Assembly: GCA_963843375.1 (NCBI GenBank)
Contig: CAWJKT010000029.1
Span: 1-64,000, forward strand
DNA: 64,000 nt
From: an uncultured Pseudomonadota bacterium
GTDB taxonomy: Bacteria > Oederibacteriota > Muellerivitia > Muellerivitales > Muellerivitaceae
Direction of reading: 5' to 3'
Part shown: piece by piece, positions 49,192 through 58,627 of the stretch
Numbering within the stretch: the first letter of the stretch is position 1
How the letters are laid out: each line of letters opens with the position of its first letter
Position numbers and translations under genes: made by a program
Notes under the pieces: generated by a model
What the model saw: only the letters and a program-made list of their open reading frames with translations
What the model was told of the DNA's origin: nothing
Database searches by the model: none

Positions 49192-50025
49192 ATGTCCTAC
49201 CGGAAATATCCTCGATTCACCCTTCTACTGGCCCTGCTGACGCTTGCTGGCGTTCTCGGGATTGTTGTTTCCTATCGCGTAAGTGAAAAGAAAGAAGCCC
49301 TTTCCGGCATTGTTTATACCTGTCCCATGCATTGCTTAAATGGAAAAACTTATCCAGGACCGGGGCGTTGCCCGATTTGCCATATGGAACTGGTTCCTGT
49401 CGTCAACCCTCAAATACTGGGAGATGCCCGGAGTCAAGACGGGCGTAATGAGGTCCAAATCGAGGGAAAAACCTCTATGGGTTTCTCATCCTACCAAGTT
49501 CAGCGCCGATCTATTGAAAGCATCATTTGGACTGCTGGGCGTCTTTCCCCCAATGGGTTGAGGCTGGAAGCGGAGGTGGACCCGGCGACGGAGGCCGGTT
49601 TCCAAAAAGGGGGATTGGCGATTGTAACTTTGGACGCGGACTCTTCCAGCGCCTTTGTAGCTAAAATTGAAAGCCTATCAAACCAGGGGCGGATCACACT
49701 CCGATTATCCCGTCCCGCACCTGGAAGTCGCTACGCTCAGGCCCAGATGATCCGAGAAAAACCCGACTGCTTGGCCATTCCCCTGAACGCCCTCTGGTAC
49801 CAGAATGGGAAAAATTACGTTTATCTTATGGATAAGGGTATCCCCCAAATGCGGGAAGTCCAATTGGGATTGAAAGGGGAACATTTCGTTGAAGTGGTCC
49901 AGGGTCTGGTGGAGGGGGACACCATCGCGGAGTCCGGTTTGTTTTTTTTGAACGCTGAAAGAGTATTTCAGGAATCAGAACCGGGTGACTCTTCAGACGA
50001 TGCGATTCACGGCAAGGCACTCTGA
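49192..50025 (+). CDS. CusB-like efflux adaptor with a heavy-metal-binding domain
   Basis: YTCPMH...PGRCPICHMELVP; IPLNAL; VEVVQGLVEGD. Confidence 0.85.
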   Translation: MSYRKYPRFTLLLALLTLAGVLGIVVSYRVSEKKEALSGIVYTCPMHCLNGKTYPGPGRCPICHMELVPVVNPQILGDARSQDGRNEVQIEGKTSMGFSSYQVQRRSIESIIWTAGRLSPNGLRLEAEVDPATEAGFQKGGLAIVTLDADSSSAFVAKIESLSNQGRITLRLSRPAPGSRYAQAQMIREKPDCLAIPLNALWYQNGKNYVYLMDKGIPQMREVQLGLKGEHFVEVVQGLVEGDTIAESGLFFLNAERVFQESEPGDSSDDAIHGKAL

Positions 50026-50057
50026 CTTTTGTAAAAAATAAAAAATGAAAGGCATTC

Positions 50058-53000
50058 TTGTTTTCCAGAATCACCGAATTCTCAGTTAAAAAATCCAACT
50101 GGATATTGATTTTCTTCTCTCTGGGAACCCTGGCGGGTTTAGGATCGTTGGCCCTTTGCCCCCTGGACGCCATCCCCGATTTATCCGATCCTCAGGTGCT
50201 CCTTTATGCCCGGGTGCCCGGGAATCCCCGGGAAGTTTCCCAAACGGCTACCCAGCCGATGATGGAGCGTTTGTCGGGGCTGCCGGAGGTCGAGGCGGTA
50301 CGCGGTTTTTCCGACTTGGACTACAGCTATATCACGGTGGTGTTGAAGGAAAAAGCGGACAACCCCGAAGCCCGCCAAAAAATCGGGGATTTGGCCAACG
50401 GATTCAGCGCTAGCTTTCCCGTGACCTGGCAAGTTTCTCAGGACAATTCAGGAGTGGGCTGGGTTTACGAATACAGTCTTTGCCACCGCAAAAACGGGCT
50501 GGATTTATACGGTCTTCGTTCCCTTCAGGAAAATGTGATCAAACCCGCCCTCGCCCGTTTGGAGGGTGTCGCCGAGGTGGCGACCGTGGGAGGCTACTCC
50601 AAGCAGTTTCAGATCGTGATTAATCCCTACCTATTAAGAGCTTATGGATTGACGCCCATGGACCTTAGTCTGGCTTTGGACGCGCGGGAAAAAGAACTCA
50701 AGGGCCGTACGATCGAATTGAATGAAAGGGAAGCGATTCTCGATTTTTCCGGTTCACTTCCCCCGGAGAAGCTGGGAAAAATCAAGTTTCTTGCTCATGG
50801 GCCCATCACCAGCCTGGAGGATCTGGCGGCGTTGAGGTTCCAGTTTAAAGGAAAGGAAATGGCCCTGGGCCAAGTGGCGACGGTTCGCTTGGAGCCGGAT
50901 TTAAGCTGGGGAACCGCCGATTTGGACGGTAAAGGGGAAGTAGTAGGAGGAATCGTCATCGCCCGCAAAGGGGTTAATAGTCTTGTTTTGATCCGGCGCA
51001 TCAAGGAAGAAATGGAGCGGTTGAATCCATCATTTTCAGGAGTTGAAGTCCAAACGGTTTATGACCGCAGTCAGCTCATCCGATCCACCCTTAGGACGGT
51101 TGGCTGGGAAATATTCCAAGAGTTATTTCTTTTGTCGCTGGTGGTATCACTCTTTCTGGGGCATTACCGATCCGCAGTGGTTCTGGGCTTGGCTTTCCCG
51201 GCGGCTCTGTCGATTTGTTTTGTCCCCTTTCACGCGGTGGGCCTTTCCTTAAACCTGATGACCCTGGGGGGATTGGCCATCGCTATTGGCGATATGCTCG
51301 ATGCGGGCATCATCCTGGTGGAAAATGCCAACCGCAGGCTAGCCCAATCCGGCCGGCCAGCTTTATTAAAAGAGGGCGTCCGCCGCAGGGAACTGGTATT
51401 GGCCTGTTCCGCCTTGATGCGGCCGCTGGTTTTTACCCTACTGATCGTTACCGTTTCCTTTCTGCCGGTTTTTGCGCTTCCGGGTCAGTTGGGACGGCTT
51501 TTTGTCCCACTAGCTGCCGCCAAGACTCTGGGCATGTTGTCCGCCTTAGCCGTTACTTTATTCCTCTTGCCGGCGTTGTGCGTCAAACTATTGAAAGGGA
51601 AATTCCAAAAGGAAGAACAAAACCAAATCTCCATGAAGCTGCAATCTTTATACCGGCCCAGTCTCGAATGGGTGCTTCAACGGCCACGGCGGGTGCTGGC
51701 TTCGGCCTTTCTTTTAATCGCGCTGACCTTGCCTCTTTTCTTTTCGCTGCACCGGGAATTCCTACCGTCGTTCAATGAGGGGAGCTTGCTTTTTATGCCC
51801 CTCACCTTGCCGGGCGCGGATTACGAGACGACAAAAAATTGGCTTGTTGCGACGGATAGAAGACTGGCGGCCTTTCCTGAGGTTGAGCGGGTTTTCGGGA
51901 AAGCGGGTCGGGCCGAAAGCGCCACCGATCCCGCACCTCTTTCCATGATTGAAAGCACTGTCTTGCTAAAGCCCCGAAGTCAATGGCCGTTCAGCATGAC
52001 AGAGGATAAGCTTGCCCGAGAAATGGATGCGGCTCTTCAATTTTTAGGAGTTTCCAACGGTTGGACCCAGCCCATCCGAGGGCGCATTGACATGCAGGCG
52101 ACCGGTATCCGGACTCCTCTGGGAATCAAGGTTTCGGCTTCTACTCTGGAGAAGGCCCAGGCGGGAGCAATAGATTTGGAAAAGGTCCTTATTCAAATGG
52201 GGGGCGTCAAATCGGCGACGGCTGAGAGAGTAGTGAAGGCGCCCTATTTAGAAGTGGTTGTGGACCCAACGGCTGCGTCGAAGGTGGGGCTTTCTCCGGA
52301 GGAAGTGCAGGGTCAAGTGATATCCTTTGCGGGTGCCGCGGCCTTGGGGAAAACGTCGAATGGACCGGACGGCTTTCCAGTCGCCGTGATTTATTCACCG
52401 GAATTCATCAATAGCCTGGACAAATTGAACCGTTTCCCGATTTTCACTTCCCCGGGAAAAACCGTTCCGTTGGAAAGATTGGCCCGAGTGGGATGGGGAG
52501 ATGGCCCGGATATGATTCCCTTAGAAAATGGAAAACCCACTGTGATTGTCTATTTGGATTTGGACTCCACGGATACTTTTGGGTGGGTCCAGCGCAACCG
52601 GGTTCGGCTCGACCAGGTTTTCCCTCCCGGTTCAGACCTTCATCTTGAAATTTCCGGGCAATACCAAGAGGCTCGACAGGCTTGGGACCGGCTAAAATGG
52701 CTGGCACCCCTTTGCATTTTATTGATCGCAATTCTCTTGTGGATCGCTTTGGCATCTTGGAGGGAGGCGGGAATCATCCTTCTTTCGGTGCCTTTCGCTT
52801 TTCTAGGTGGCGTTTGGATGCAGGCTCTATTGGATATTCCCTTGTCGGCTTCGGCCTGGGTGGGCTATATCGCCCTTTTCGCGGTGGCGGTTCAGACCGG
52901 AGTAGTGATGGTGGTTTACCTGACACAAGCCTTGGAACGCGAAGGCCCCCGGGCCAAGTTTGATCCGGAAAGCTTTCGGCAGGTAATCCTGCGGGGTTCG

Positions 53001-53252
53001 GTTTTGAGGCTTAGGCCCAAGCTCATGACGGTGGCCACTAATGTTGCCGCATTCCTTCCCCTACTTTGGACCCGAGGAACCGGCGGGGATTTCCTGGCTT
53101 CGGTGGCCGCACCGATCGTAGGGGGAATGATCACTTCAGCCATTCATGTGCTTTATATCACCCCGGTTCTTTTTTATTGGGTGAGAGGTATGCGAAAAGA
53201 GAAATCCGGAATAGGAGGAAAAAAGCCCAAAATGTTTGTAAAAAGGCCATAA
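50058..53252 (+). CDS. cusA: Cu/Ag efflux RND transporter CusA
   Basis: LDAIPDLSD, GVGWVYEY, GGLAIAIG; metal-binding Met triad in LLFMP, APLSMIE and RIDMQ; RLRPKLMT. Confidence 0.9.
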   Translation: MFSRITEFSVKKSNWILIFFSLGTLAGLGSLALCPLDAIPDLSDPQVLLYARVPGNPREVSQTATQPMMERLSGLPEVEAVRGFSDLDYSYITVVLKEKADNPEARQKIGDLANGFSASFPVTWQVSQDNSGVGWVYEYSLCHRKNGLDLYGLRSLQENVIKPALARLEGVAEVATVGGYSKQFQIVINPYLLRAYGLTPMDLSLALDAREKELKGRTIELNEREAILDFSGSLPPEKLGKIKFLAHGPITSLEDLAALRFQFKGKEMALGQVATVRLEPDLSWGTADLDGKGEVVGGIVIARKGVNSLVLIRRIKEEMERLNPSFSGVEVQTVYDRSQLIRSTLRTVGWEIFQELFLLSLVVSLFLGHYRSAVVLGLAFPAALSICFVPFHAVGLSLNLMTLGGLAIAIGDMLDAGIILVENANRRLAQSGRPALLKEGVRRRELVLACSALMRPLVFTLLIVTVSFLPVFALPGQLGRLFVPLAAAKTLGMLSALAVTLFLLPALCVKLLKGKFQKEEQNQISMKLQSLYRPSLEWVLQRPRRVLASAFLLIALTLPLFFSLHREFLPSFNEGSLLFMPLTLPGADYETTKNWLVATDRRLAAFPEVERVFGKAGRAESATDPAPLSMIESTVLLKPRSQWPFSMTEDKLAREMDAALQFLGVSNGWTQPIRGRIDMQATGIRTPLGIKVSASTLEKAQAGAIDLEKVLIQMGGVKSATAERVVKAPYLEVVVDPTAASKVGLSPEEVQGQVISFAGAAALGKTSNGPDGFPVAVIYSPEFINSLDKLNRFPIFTSPGKTVPLERLARVGWGDGPDMIPLENGKPTVIVYLDLDSTDTFGWVQRNRVRLDQVFPPGSDLHLEISGQYQEARQAWDRLKWLAPLCILLIAILLWIALASWREAGIILLSVPFAFLGGVWMQALLDIPLSASAWVGYIALFAVAVQTGVVMVVYLTQALEREGPRAKFDPESFRQVILRGSVLRLRPKLMTVATNVAAFLPLLWTRGTGGDFLASVAAPIVGGMITSAIHVLYITPVLFYWVRGMRKEKSGIGGKKPKMFVKRP

Positions 53253-53279
53253 AACCTTAAAGTTAAAGTGGAAGGTCAA

Positions 53280-53308
53280 TGGACTAGGGATTACAATGAG
53301 AGTATATT
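53280..53308 (+). promoter_or_regulatory. Sigma70-type promoter
   Basis: TGGACT-N17-TATATT, conserved before the paralog at 54896-54924. Confidence 0.7.
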
Positions 53309-53360
53309 AATTGTCATCTTATCAACCTTGCAACGATTGTAGTGTCTATCGGAAGAATTT

Positions 53361-54773
53361 ATGAAAAAACAAATTATCTTTTTTGTGTTGGCTGGTTTCT
53401 TTGTCACCTTTTTAGCCCATCCTCGGCCATCCTATGCTCAATTAAATATGCTCATTTACGGGGACACAGACCCCGGAATCTCGGATACGGCACCCGGTTT
53501 CAATGTGACGGTTTGGAATGACGCGACTTGGACAGCGGCCTCCACTGCGGATTTCGCCGCATTCAATGTCATTGTGTTCGCCGACGCCCCCGCACCTTTT
53601 TGTCTTACCAGTTCAAGCGTTTGGAATACCGCAATAGCCACACAGGCGACTTGGGGGCCGGCTATTACGGGCAACGTCCTGATCATCGGATCAGATCCTG
53701 ATTACCATATCACCAATTCGGGCGTGTCTCCCAACGTCGAATACAATTTTTTGAATTTTGCCGCGTCCGGTAAAGGCACAGGTCTTTATGTCGCCTTGAG
53801 CTGTGTATTTAATGGGGTTTCGCCAAGTACGGCTGTTCCGCTTCTTAGCCCTCTGGGAACATTTACCGTGGAAGGTGCCGCGTCCGGAGGTTATGACGCG
53901 GCCCATATTGTTGCCGATAGCCCCGCCCTTACGGGTGTGACGGACACCATGCTTTCCAATTGGGATTTTTCCGTCCATGAGGGTTTCGATGTTTGGCCGA
54001 GCACCTTCATACCCTTGGCAATCGCCACTGACGCCACCGATCCCAATTACACCGCCTCGGATGGGACCTCGGGGTTGGTTTACATCTTGGCATCAGGCCA
54101 AATCGTGAACCTCGGAACCAACACGCCTACCCCTTATCCCTCCAATACCCCAACTCCGACTCCCAACTTTACTTTAACTTTAACGCCCGTGAATACATCC
54201 ACCCCAACTCCTACCCCCAACCTAACGTTGACTTTGACGCCGCCGAATACTCCTACGCCTACTTCCACTCTCACGCTTACGCCCACTCCCACCATCTCCT
54301 CCACCCCCACGGTTACGACCACTTCCACACTTACTTTCACTGTCACACTAACCGCGACTAAGACCGAAAGCTTTACTCCCACTAATAGCCCTACCTTGAC
54401 CGATACCTTTACGATTACCAACACCCCTACGATGACCTACAGTCCAACTATCACCCCAACGCCAACAGCCACCGTACCCACTTTTGACGTATTCTATGTC
54501 TCGGCCAATGAATTCAACCCTTCAACGGATAATCCGGTTTCCATTTACGTTGGCTACAGCGCGTACCCGGGGGAATACGATTTATGGATCTATAATTCGG
54601 CGGGAGAACACATTAAAACACTCGACCATCAAGAAATGAGCGGTCCGCTTACGCAATCCTATCATTGGGACGGCACGAACAAATATGGGGATAAATGTGC
54701 CAGCGGAGTTTATATATTTTACTTGGTTGAACCCTTCTCCCAAAAAATGAAGCGGATTGCCCTGATACGGTGA
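53361..54773 (+). CDS. Secreted protein: unknown N-domain, Pro/Thr linker, FlgD-Ig-like C-terminal domain
   Basis: Signal peptide; (TP)n tract; IYNSAGEHIKTL...WDGTNKYG...SGVY. Confidence 0.85.
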   Translation: MKKQIIFFVLAGFFVTFLAHPRPSYAQLNMLIYGDTDPGISDTAPGFNVTVWNDATWTAASTADFAAFNVIVFADAPAPFCLTSSSVWNTAIATQATWGPAITGNVLIIGSDPDYHITNSGVSPNVEYNFLNFAASGKGTGLYVALSCVFNGVSPSTAVPLLSPLGTFTVEGAASGGYDAAHIVADSPALTGVTDTMLSNWDFSVHEGFDVWPSTFIPLAIATDATDPNYTASDGTSGLVYILASGQIVNLGTNTPTPYPSNTPTPTPNFTLTLTPVNTSTPTPTPNLTLTLTPPNTPTPTSTLTLTPTPTISSTPTVTTTSTLTFTVTLTATKTESFTPTNSPTLTDTFTITNTPTMTYSPTITPTPTATVPTFDVFYVSANEFNPSTDNPVSIYVGYSAYPGEYDLWIYNSAGEHIKTLDHQEMSGPLTQSYHWDGTNKYGDKCASGVYIFYLVEPFSQKMKRIALIR

Positions 54774-54895
54774 TTTGCAGGGGGGGCGGGCTAGAAGGCT
54801 TTCCTCATAATCGGACGCCAACAGGAGGCTGGGTTTTTCTTTTATACCAGGATTTTTATTACTCCGGTATTTAAAGGCTAACCCCGTTGGCCAAT

Positions 54896-54924
54896 TGGAC
54901 TAGGAATTGGGATTAGGGTATATT
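54896..54924 (+). promoter_or_regulatory. Sigma70-type promoter
   Basis: TGGACT-N17-TATATT. Confidence 0.7.
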
Positions 54925-54970
54925 TAATGTCATCTGTAAACTTGGAAGATTACTATCACCGGAAGAATTT

Positions 54971-56233
54971 ATGAAAAAACAAATTTCCACTTTTCTCCTT
55001 ATAATAGTGACCAGTTTCTTTGCTTATTTAGGGCATCCCCTTCCATCCTACGGGCAATTGAACATGCTTGTTTACGGGGACACCTCTCCTGGTATTGCGA
55101 ATTCGGCACCAGGATTTAATGTGACGGTTTGGGACGATGCCACATGGGCAGCGGCCTCCACTGCGGATTTCGCCGCCTTCAACGTCATCGTATTCGCGGA
55201 CGCCCCGCTTCCTTCTTGTATTACAAGTTCGAGCGTTTGGAGTACCGCTATAGCGACACAAGCGGCTTGGGGACCAGCCATTACGGGAAACGTTCTGATC
55301 ATTGGTTCGGATCCGGATTTCCACATCACTTATTCGGGTGTTTCTTCGAACGTGGAGTACAATTTCTTAAATTACGCCGCGAGCGGTAACGGCACCGGGC
55401 TCTTTGTTGCTTTGAGTTGTGTTTATAACGGAGTCGCGAAGGGAACAGCAGTTCCGCTCCTTAACCCTTTGGGGACCTTTACCGTGGAGGGTGCTGCGGC
55501 AGGCGGCTATAATGAATCCCATATCGTCGCCAATAGTCCTGCCCTTACGGGTGTGACGGACGCCATGCTTTCCAACTGGGATTTTTCGGTTCATGAAGGT
55601 TTTGATGTTTGGCCCACCAATTTCATACCCCTGGCGATCGCCACTGACGCCACCGATCCCAATTATACCGCCGAGGATGGAACTACGGGTTTAGTGTACA
55701 TCTTGGCGACCGGCTCGATCGTGGGCCTGGGAACCAACACCCCTACTCCCCTCCCTACCTGGACCCCCACCTCCACTCCTTCGGCAACTGGCACTTTTAC
55801 TCCAACTTTTTCTCCTACTAATACGACCACCCTGACGCCCATATTCACTCCGACTCAAACCCCGACAATAACGCCTACTTTCACTCCAACCCCAACGACC
55901 AGCTGGACACCCTCTCAAACAACCACCCAGACACCTACCGTTACTCCGACTTTTACCCCTACTTGCGAGACCCATATATGGCCCGATCCCTATAATTCCC
56001 AATATGCCGTGGGTCAAATGCTGAATATCAGTTGCCTGCCGTCGAACGCTACGGTTTATTTTTATACCTTATCAGGGGAATTGGTAGGCCAGGCAACGGA
56101 ATGGCAAGGTCTGGCGCAATGGAACGGAAAAAATCAGCGGGGGGTTCCGGTATCGGCGGGAATTTATTTCTACGTCATCAAGAACGGGCAGCAAAAGGTG
56201 ATTGGAACTGGCAAATTCCTCGTGAGCCATTAA
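54971..56233 (+). CDS. Tandem paralog: same N-domain, Pro/Thr linker, different FlgD/T9SS-like C-domain
   Basis: N-domain nearly identical to 53361; IWPDP...YTLSGELV...WNGKNQRG...SAGIYFY. Confidence 0.85.
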   Translation: MKKQISTFLLIIVTSFFAYLGHPLPSYGQLNMLVYGDTSPGIANSAPGFNVTVWDDATWAAASTADFAAFNVIVFADAPLPSCITSSSVWSTAIATQAAWGPAITGNVLIIGSDPDFHITYSGVSSNVEYNFLNYAASGNGTGLFVALSCVYNGVAKGTAVPLLNPLGTFTVEGAAAGGYNESHIVANSPALTGVTDAMLSNWDFSVHEGFDVWPTNFIPLAIATDATDPNYTAEDGTTGLVYILATGSIVGLGTNTPTPLPTWTPTSTPSATGTFTPTFSPTNTTTLTPIFTPTQTPTITPTFTPTPTTSWTPSQTTTQTPTVTPTFTPTCETHIWPDPYNSQYAVGQMLNISCLPSNATVYFYTLSGELVGQATEWQGLAQWNGKNQRGVPVSAGIYFYVIKNGQQKVIGTGKFLVSH

Positions 56234-56651
56234 GTTAACCAAAACTCGATAAGTCACGATTAAAAATTGATTTAGAATAATCCGGACTTTTGAACCGAAA
56301 AATTTTTCCCCTTTATTTCGAACTCCGTAAAATCAATCAGCGGATTGTTTCAATCATTAAAATCTCAAAATTGTTATTTGCTATATTTTGGTGGTCAAAT
56401 GGACTCCGAAACGAATTCGGATTCTTTGGAATTTTTTAATTTCCCGGGTGTAAATTAGGCCAAATCCGAAAACCATTTGATTGAAGTTCAACCTAATATG
56501 AATTCGTGTTCTTTTGAAGGGTTTTTCATGGGCGGAGATTCCTTCCGCACACGGAGCTGAAGACCAGGCAGTAATTGCCTCGCCTCATGATATTATGATC
56601 TATCTTCACTTTAGCGTCATGAACCGGATTAATCATTAAGGGGAAAGTAGA

Positions 56652-57440
56652 ATGAATCTCTGGCAGATCGGACTATTCTTTCTATTAGGTTTTAATTTAG
56701 TTTCGATAAGAGTTTGGGCCCAAGTATCTTTTGCTTTGGATAGGGAGACTCCCGGCGTCTCACCCACCATCCAAGCAGTTGAAAACCCCACCCTGACTCC
56801 CGATAAAACCGTCCGCATACCTAAGCCAATCGTTCTAAAGGATTCTGACAGGTTAGGCGATTCCGAATTCCGTTCAAATCCCAAAGCCCCGATGAAAGGG
56901 TTCGATGGTAATTCCTTGCAAATCGAGGTTGATGACCGTATTCCACGTGGTTTGGCGATGATACAGATGGAAGAACCCGCTTTTTCCCTGCAGATGGAGG
57001 ACTGGAACAAATCCGAGAAAAAGCCAAGGGTTTATTATTGGCATACGTATATGGGGATTGACTATTGTCATTATCGCGGCGGGTCGGGCACTGAGTGGTA
57101 TGGTTGGGCGGAGGGTTCCGCATTCCGTTGGGTACTTTATCATTCGGGGCATTTCTGGTGGCACGATGGCTACGCCGAGAGGTCACTTTATTTTGACCGG
57201 GGCTATTGGTGGTGGCAGGGGAAGCGCAAAGACCAATTCCAGGTTTACCTGGAGGATGGACATTATCACGTTTGCGGACCCGATGGAGTTTTAGGGGATG
57301 ACCTATTTACAACCGGAACCGAGGAAGTGGCTACCCAACCGGTGGAAAAAGATCTAACTCCCGCTTCAACTCCATCGGATGATTCGGGACCGCCTGGGGG
57401 AATGGGGGGGAGCGGAACGGGTTCGGGTTTTGGTCATTAG
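56652..57440 (+). CDS. Secreted Trp/Tyr-rich hypothetical protein, paralog of 34029-34787
   Basis: Shared ~110-aa aromatic domain ending LG.DLFTTGTEE..T.PV.K. Confidence 0.8.
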   Translation: MNLWQIGLFFLLGFNLVSIRVWAQVSFALDRETPGVSPTIQAVENPTLTPDKTVRIPKPIVLKDSDRLGDSEFRSNPKAPMKGFDGNSLQIEVDDRIPRGLAMIQMEEPAFSLQMEDWNKSEKKPRVYYWHTYMGIDYCHYRGGSGTEWYGWAEGSAFRWVLYHSGHFWWHDGYAERSLYFDRGYWWWQGKRKDQFQVYLEDGHYHVCGPDGVLGDDLFTTGTEEVATQPVEKDLTPASTPSDDSGPPGGMGGSGTGSGFGH

Positions 57441-57508
57441 TCGGATCATAAAAAGTTCCCCGGCGATCTTTTTATAGTATGGTTAACATCTTCAAAGGAT
57501 TAAAAATT

Positions 57509-57865
57509 ATGACTGAAAAAAACAAATCTTTTCTCGAACAAAGGCATCAATCGCGAGTCCCCGTGAAGATTCCGGTTCAATTCGAATTAGTCGAAGATCC
57601 GAAGGAATTGGATGAGCTCAAAAGTCGGACGGGTTTGGCCAAGGATTTGAGTCTGGATGGAATGTTCGTCAAGACGGACAAATCAGTTAAGCCGGGAGAT
57701 GTTTTTCGGTTGGATATTTCTTTGCCAGAGAAATCAAAACAACTATTCGCCTTCGCGGAAGTGGTATGGGCCAATGAAACCGGCGCCGGCCTTCGCCTGA
57801 TGTTAATGGCCGTTGAGGATAAGGAGGAATTGAAAGGCTATTTGGTCGGGGCCGTCTCCAGTTAA
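57509..57865 (+). CDS. Stand-alone PilZ-domain protein
   Basis: RxxxR (RHQSR) and DxSxxG (DLSLDG) c-di-GMP motifs; AEVVW. Confidence 0.9.
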   Translation: MTEKNKSFLEQRHQSRVPVKIPVQFELVEDPKELDELKSRTGLAKDLSLDGMFVKTDKSVKPGDVFRLDISLPEKSKQLFAFAEVVWANETGAGLRLMLMAVEDKEELKGYLVGAVSS

Positions 57866-57884
57866 CCTGTTGGGGATTTATTAT

Positions 57885-58367
57885 TCAATTCGGTAGGGCG
57901 TTTCCCAGGTCTTTTTCCAGATCTTCCGGTTTTGTGGTGGAAGCGTAACGTTTGATCGGCTCGCCTTTCGAATCGACCAGAAATTTTGTGAAATTCCATT
58001 TGATGGCTTCGCTTCCCAAAATTCCCGGTCTTTCATTGGTCAGGTATTTGTAAAGTGGATGGGCATTGACGCCATTAACCTCGATCTTGGAGAAGAGCGG
58101 AAAGGTAACCCCGAAATTCAGATCGCAGAAATTTTTGATTTCCGCTTCAGTGCCAGGCTCTTGGGAACCAAACTGGTTGCAAGGAAATCCCAGGGTGATA
58201 AATCCTCTATCCTTGTATTTTTTGTAAAGTTTTTCCAATCCCTCGTATTGAGGCGTAAAACCGCATTGGCTGGCCACGTTCACGATCAGTAGAACTTTCC
58301 CTTGGTATTCGGAGAAGGAAATTTCCTTTCCTTCGATGTTGGTAGCTTTAAATGAATAAATGGACAT
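57885..58367 (-). CDS. Glutathione peroxidase family protein (Cys type)
   Basis: GKVLLIVNVASQCGFT, LGFPCNQFG, IKWNFTKFLV. Confidence 0.95.
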   Translation of the reverse strand: MSIYSFKATNIEGKEISFSEYQGKVLLIVNVASQCGFTPQYEGLEKLYKKYKDRGFITLGFPCNQFGSQEPGTEAEIKNFCDLNFGVTFPLFSKIEVNGVNAHPLYKYLTNERPGILGSEAIKWNFTKFLVDSKGEPIKRYASTTKPEDLEKDLGNALPN

Positions 58368-58563
58368 GGAGCCTCCTTGGGGCATCTTCCGTTCCAACGT
58401 ATCTTAATTAATGAACATTTAAGCAGAAATATATTTCAATAGTGTATTTAGATACAATGTTGTAGTGACTCTCTGATTAGCAAAATTTGTAGAATTCCTC
58501 CGAAACCTAACTTTTCCCTAACGCTTTCATGTAAAAAATTCATAATTTTTTGCTGTGGTGGAG

Positions 58564-58578
58564 TGGCATGAGAGTTGC
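58564..58578 (+). promoter_or_regulatory. Sigma54 promoter of the APC-PII fusion gene
   Basis: TGGCAT-GAGAG-TTGC; preceded by CTAAC-N6-CTAAC at 58507-58522. Confidence 0.82.
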
Positions 58579-58627
58579 TTTTCTTCTTCCGACATTAGTT
58601 AAGTTTGACTATTTTTAGGAGGAAAAT

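Noticed and set aside
54115..54480. Repetitive ACNCCN DNA here and at 55735-55960 as a CRISPR or tandem-repeat locus
   Set aside because: It is degenerate coding sequence for Pro/Thr linkers, with no fixed repeat-spacer pattern. I saw no cas genes, tRNA or rRNA in the window.
56556..56585. CTGAAGA resembling a hammerhead ribozyme core
   Set aside because: There is no GAAA after the following stem and no cleavage-site helix.
57885..58367. Possible selenocysteine glutathione peroxidase
   Set aside because: The active-site codon is Cys (TGC) and there is no in-frame TGA.
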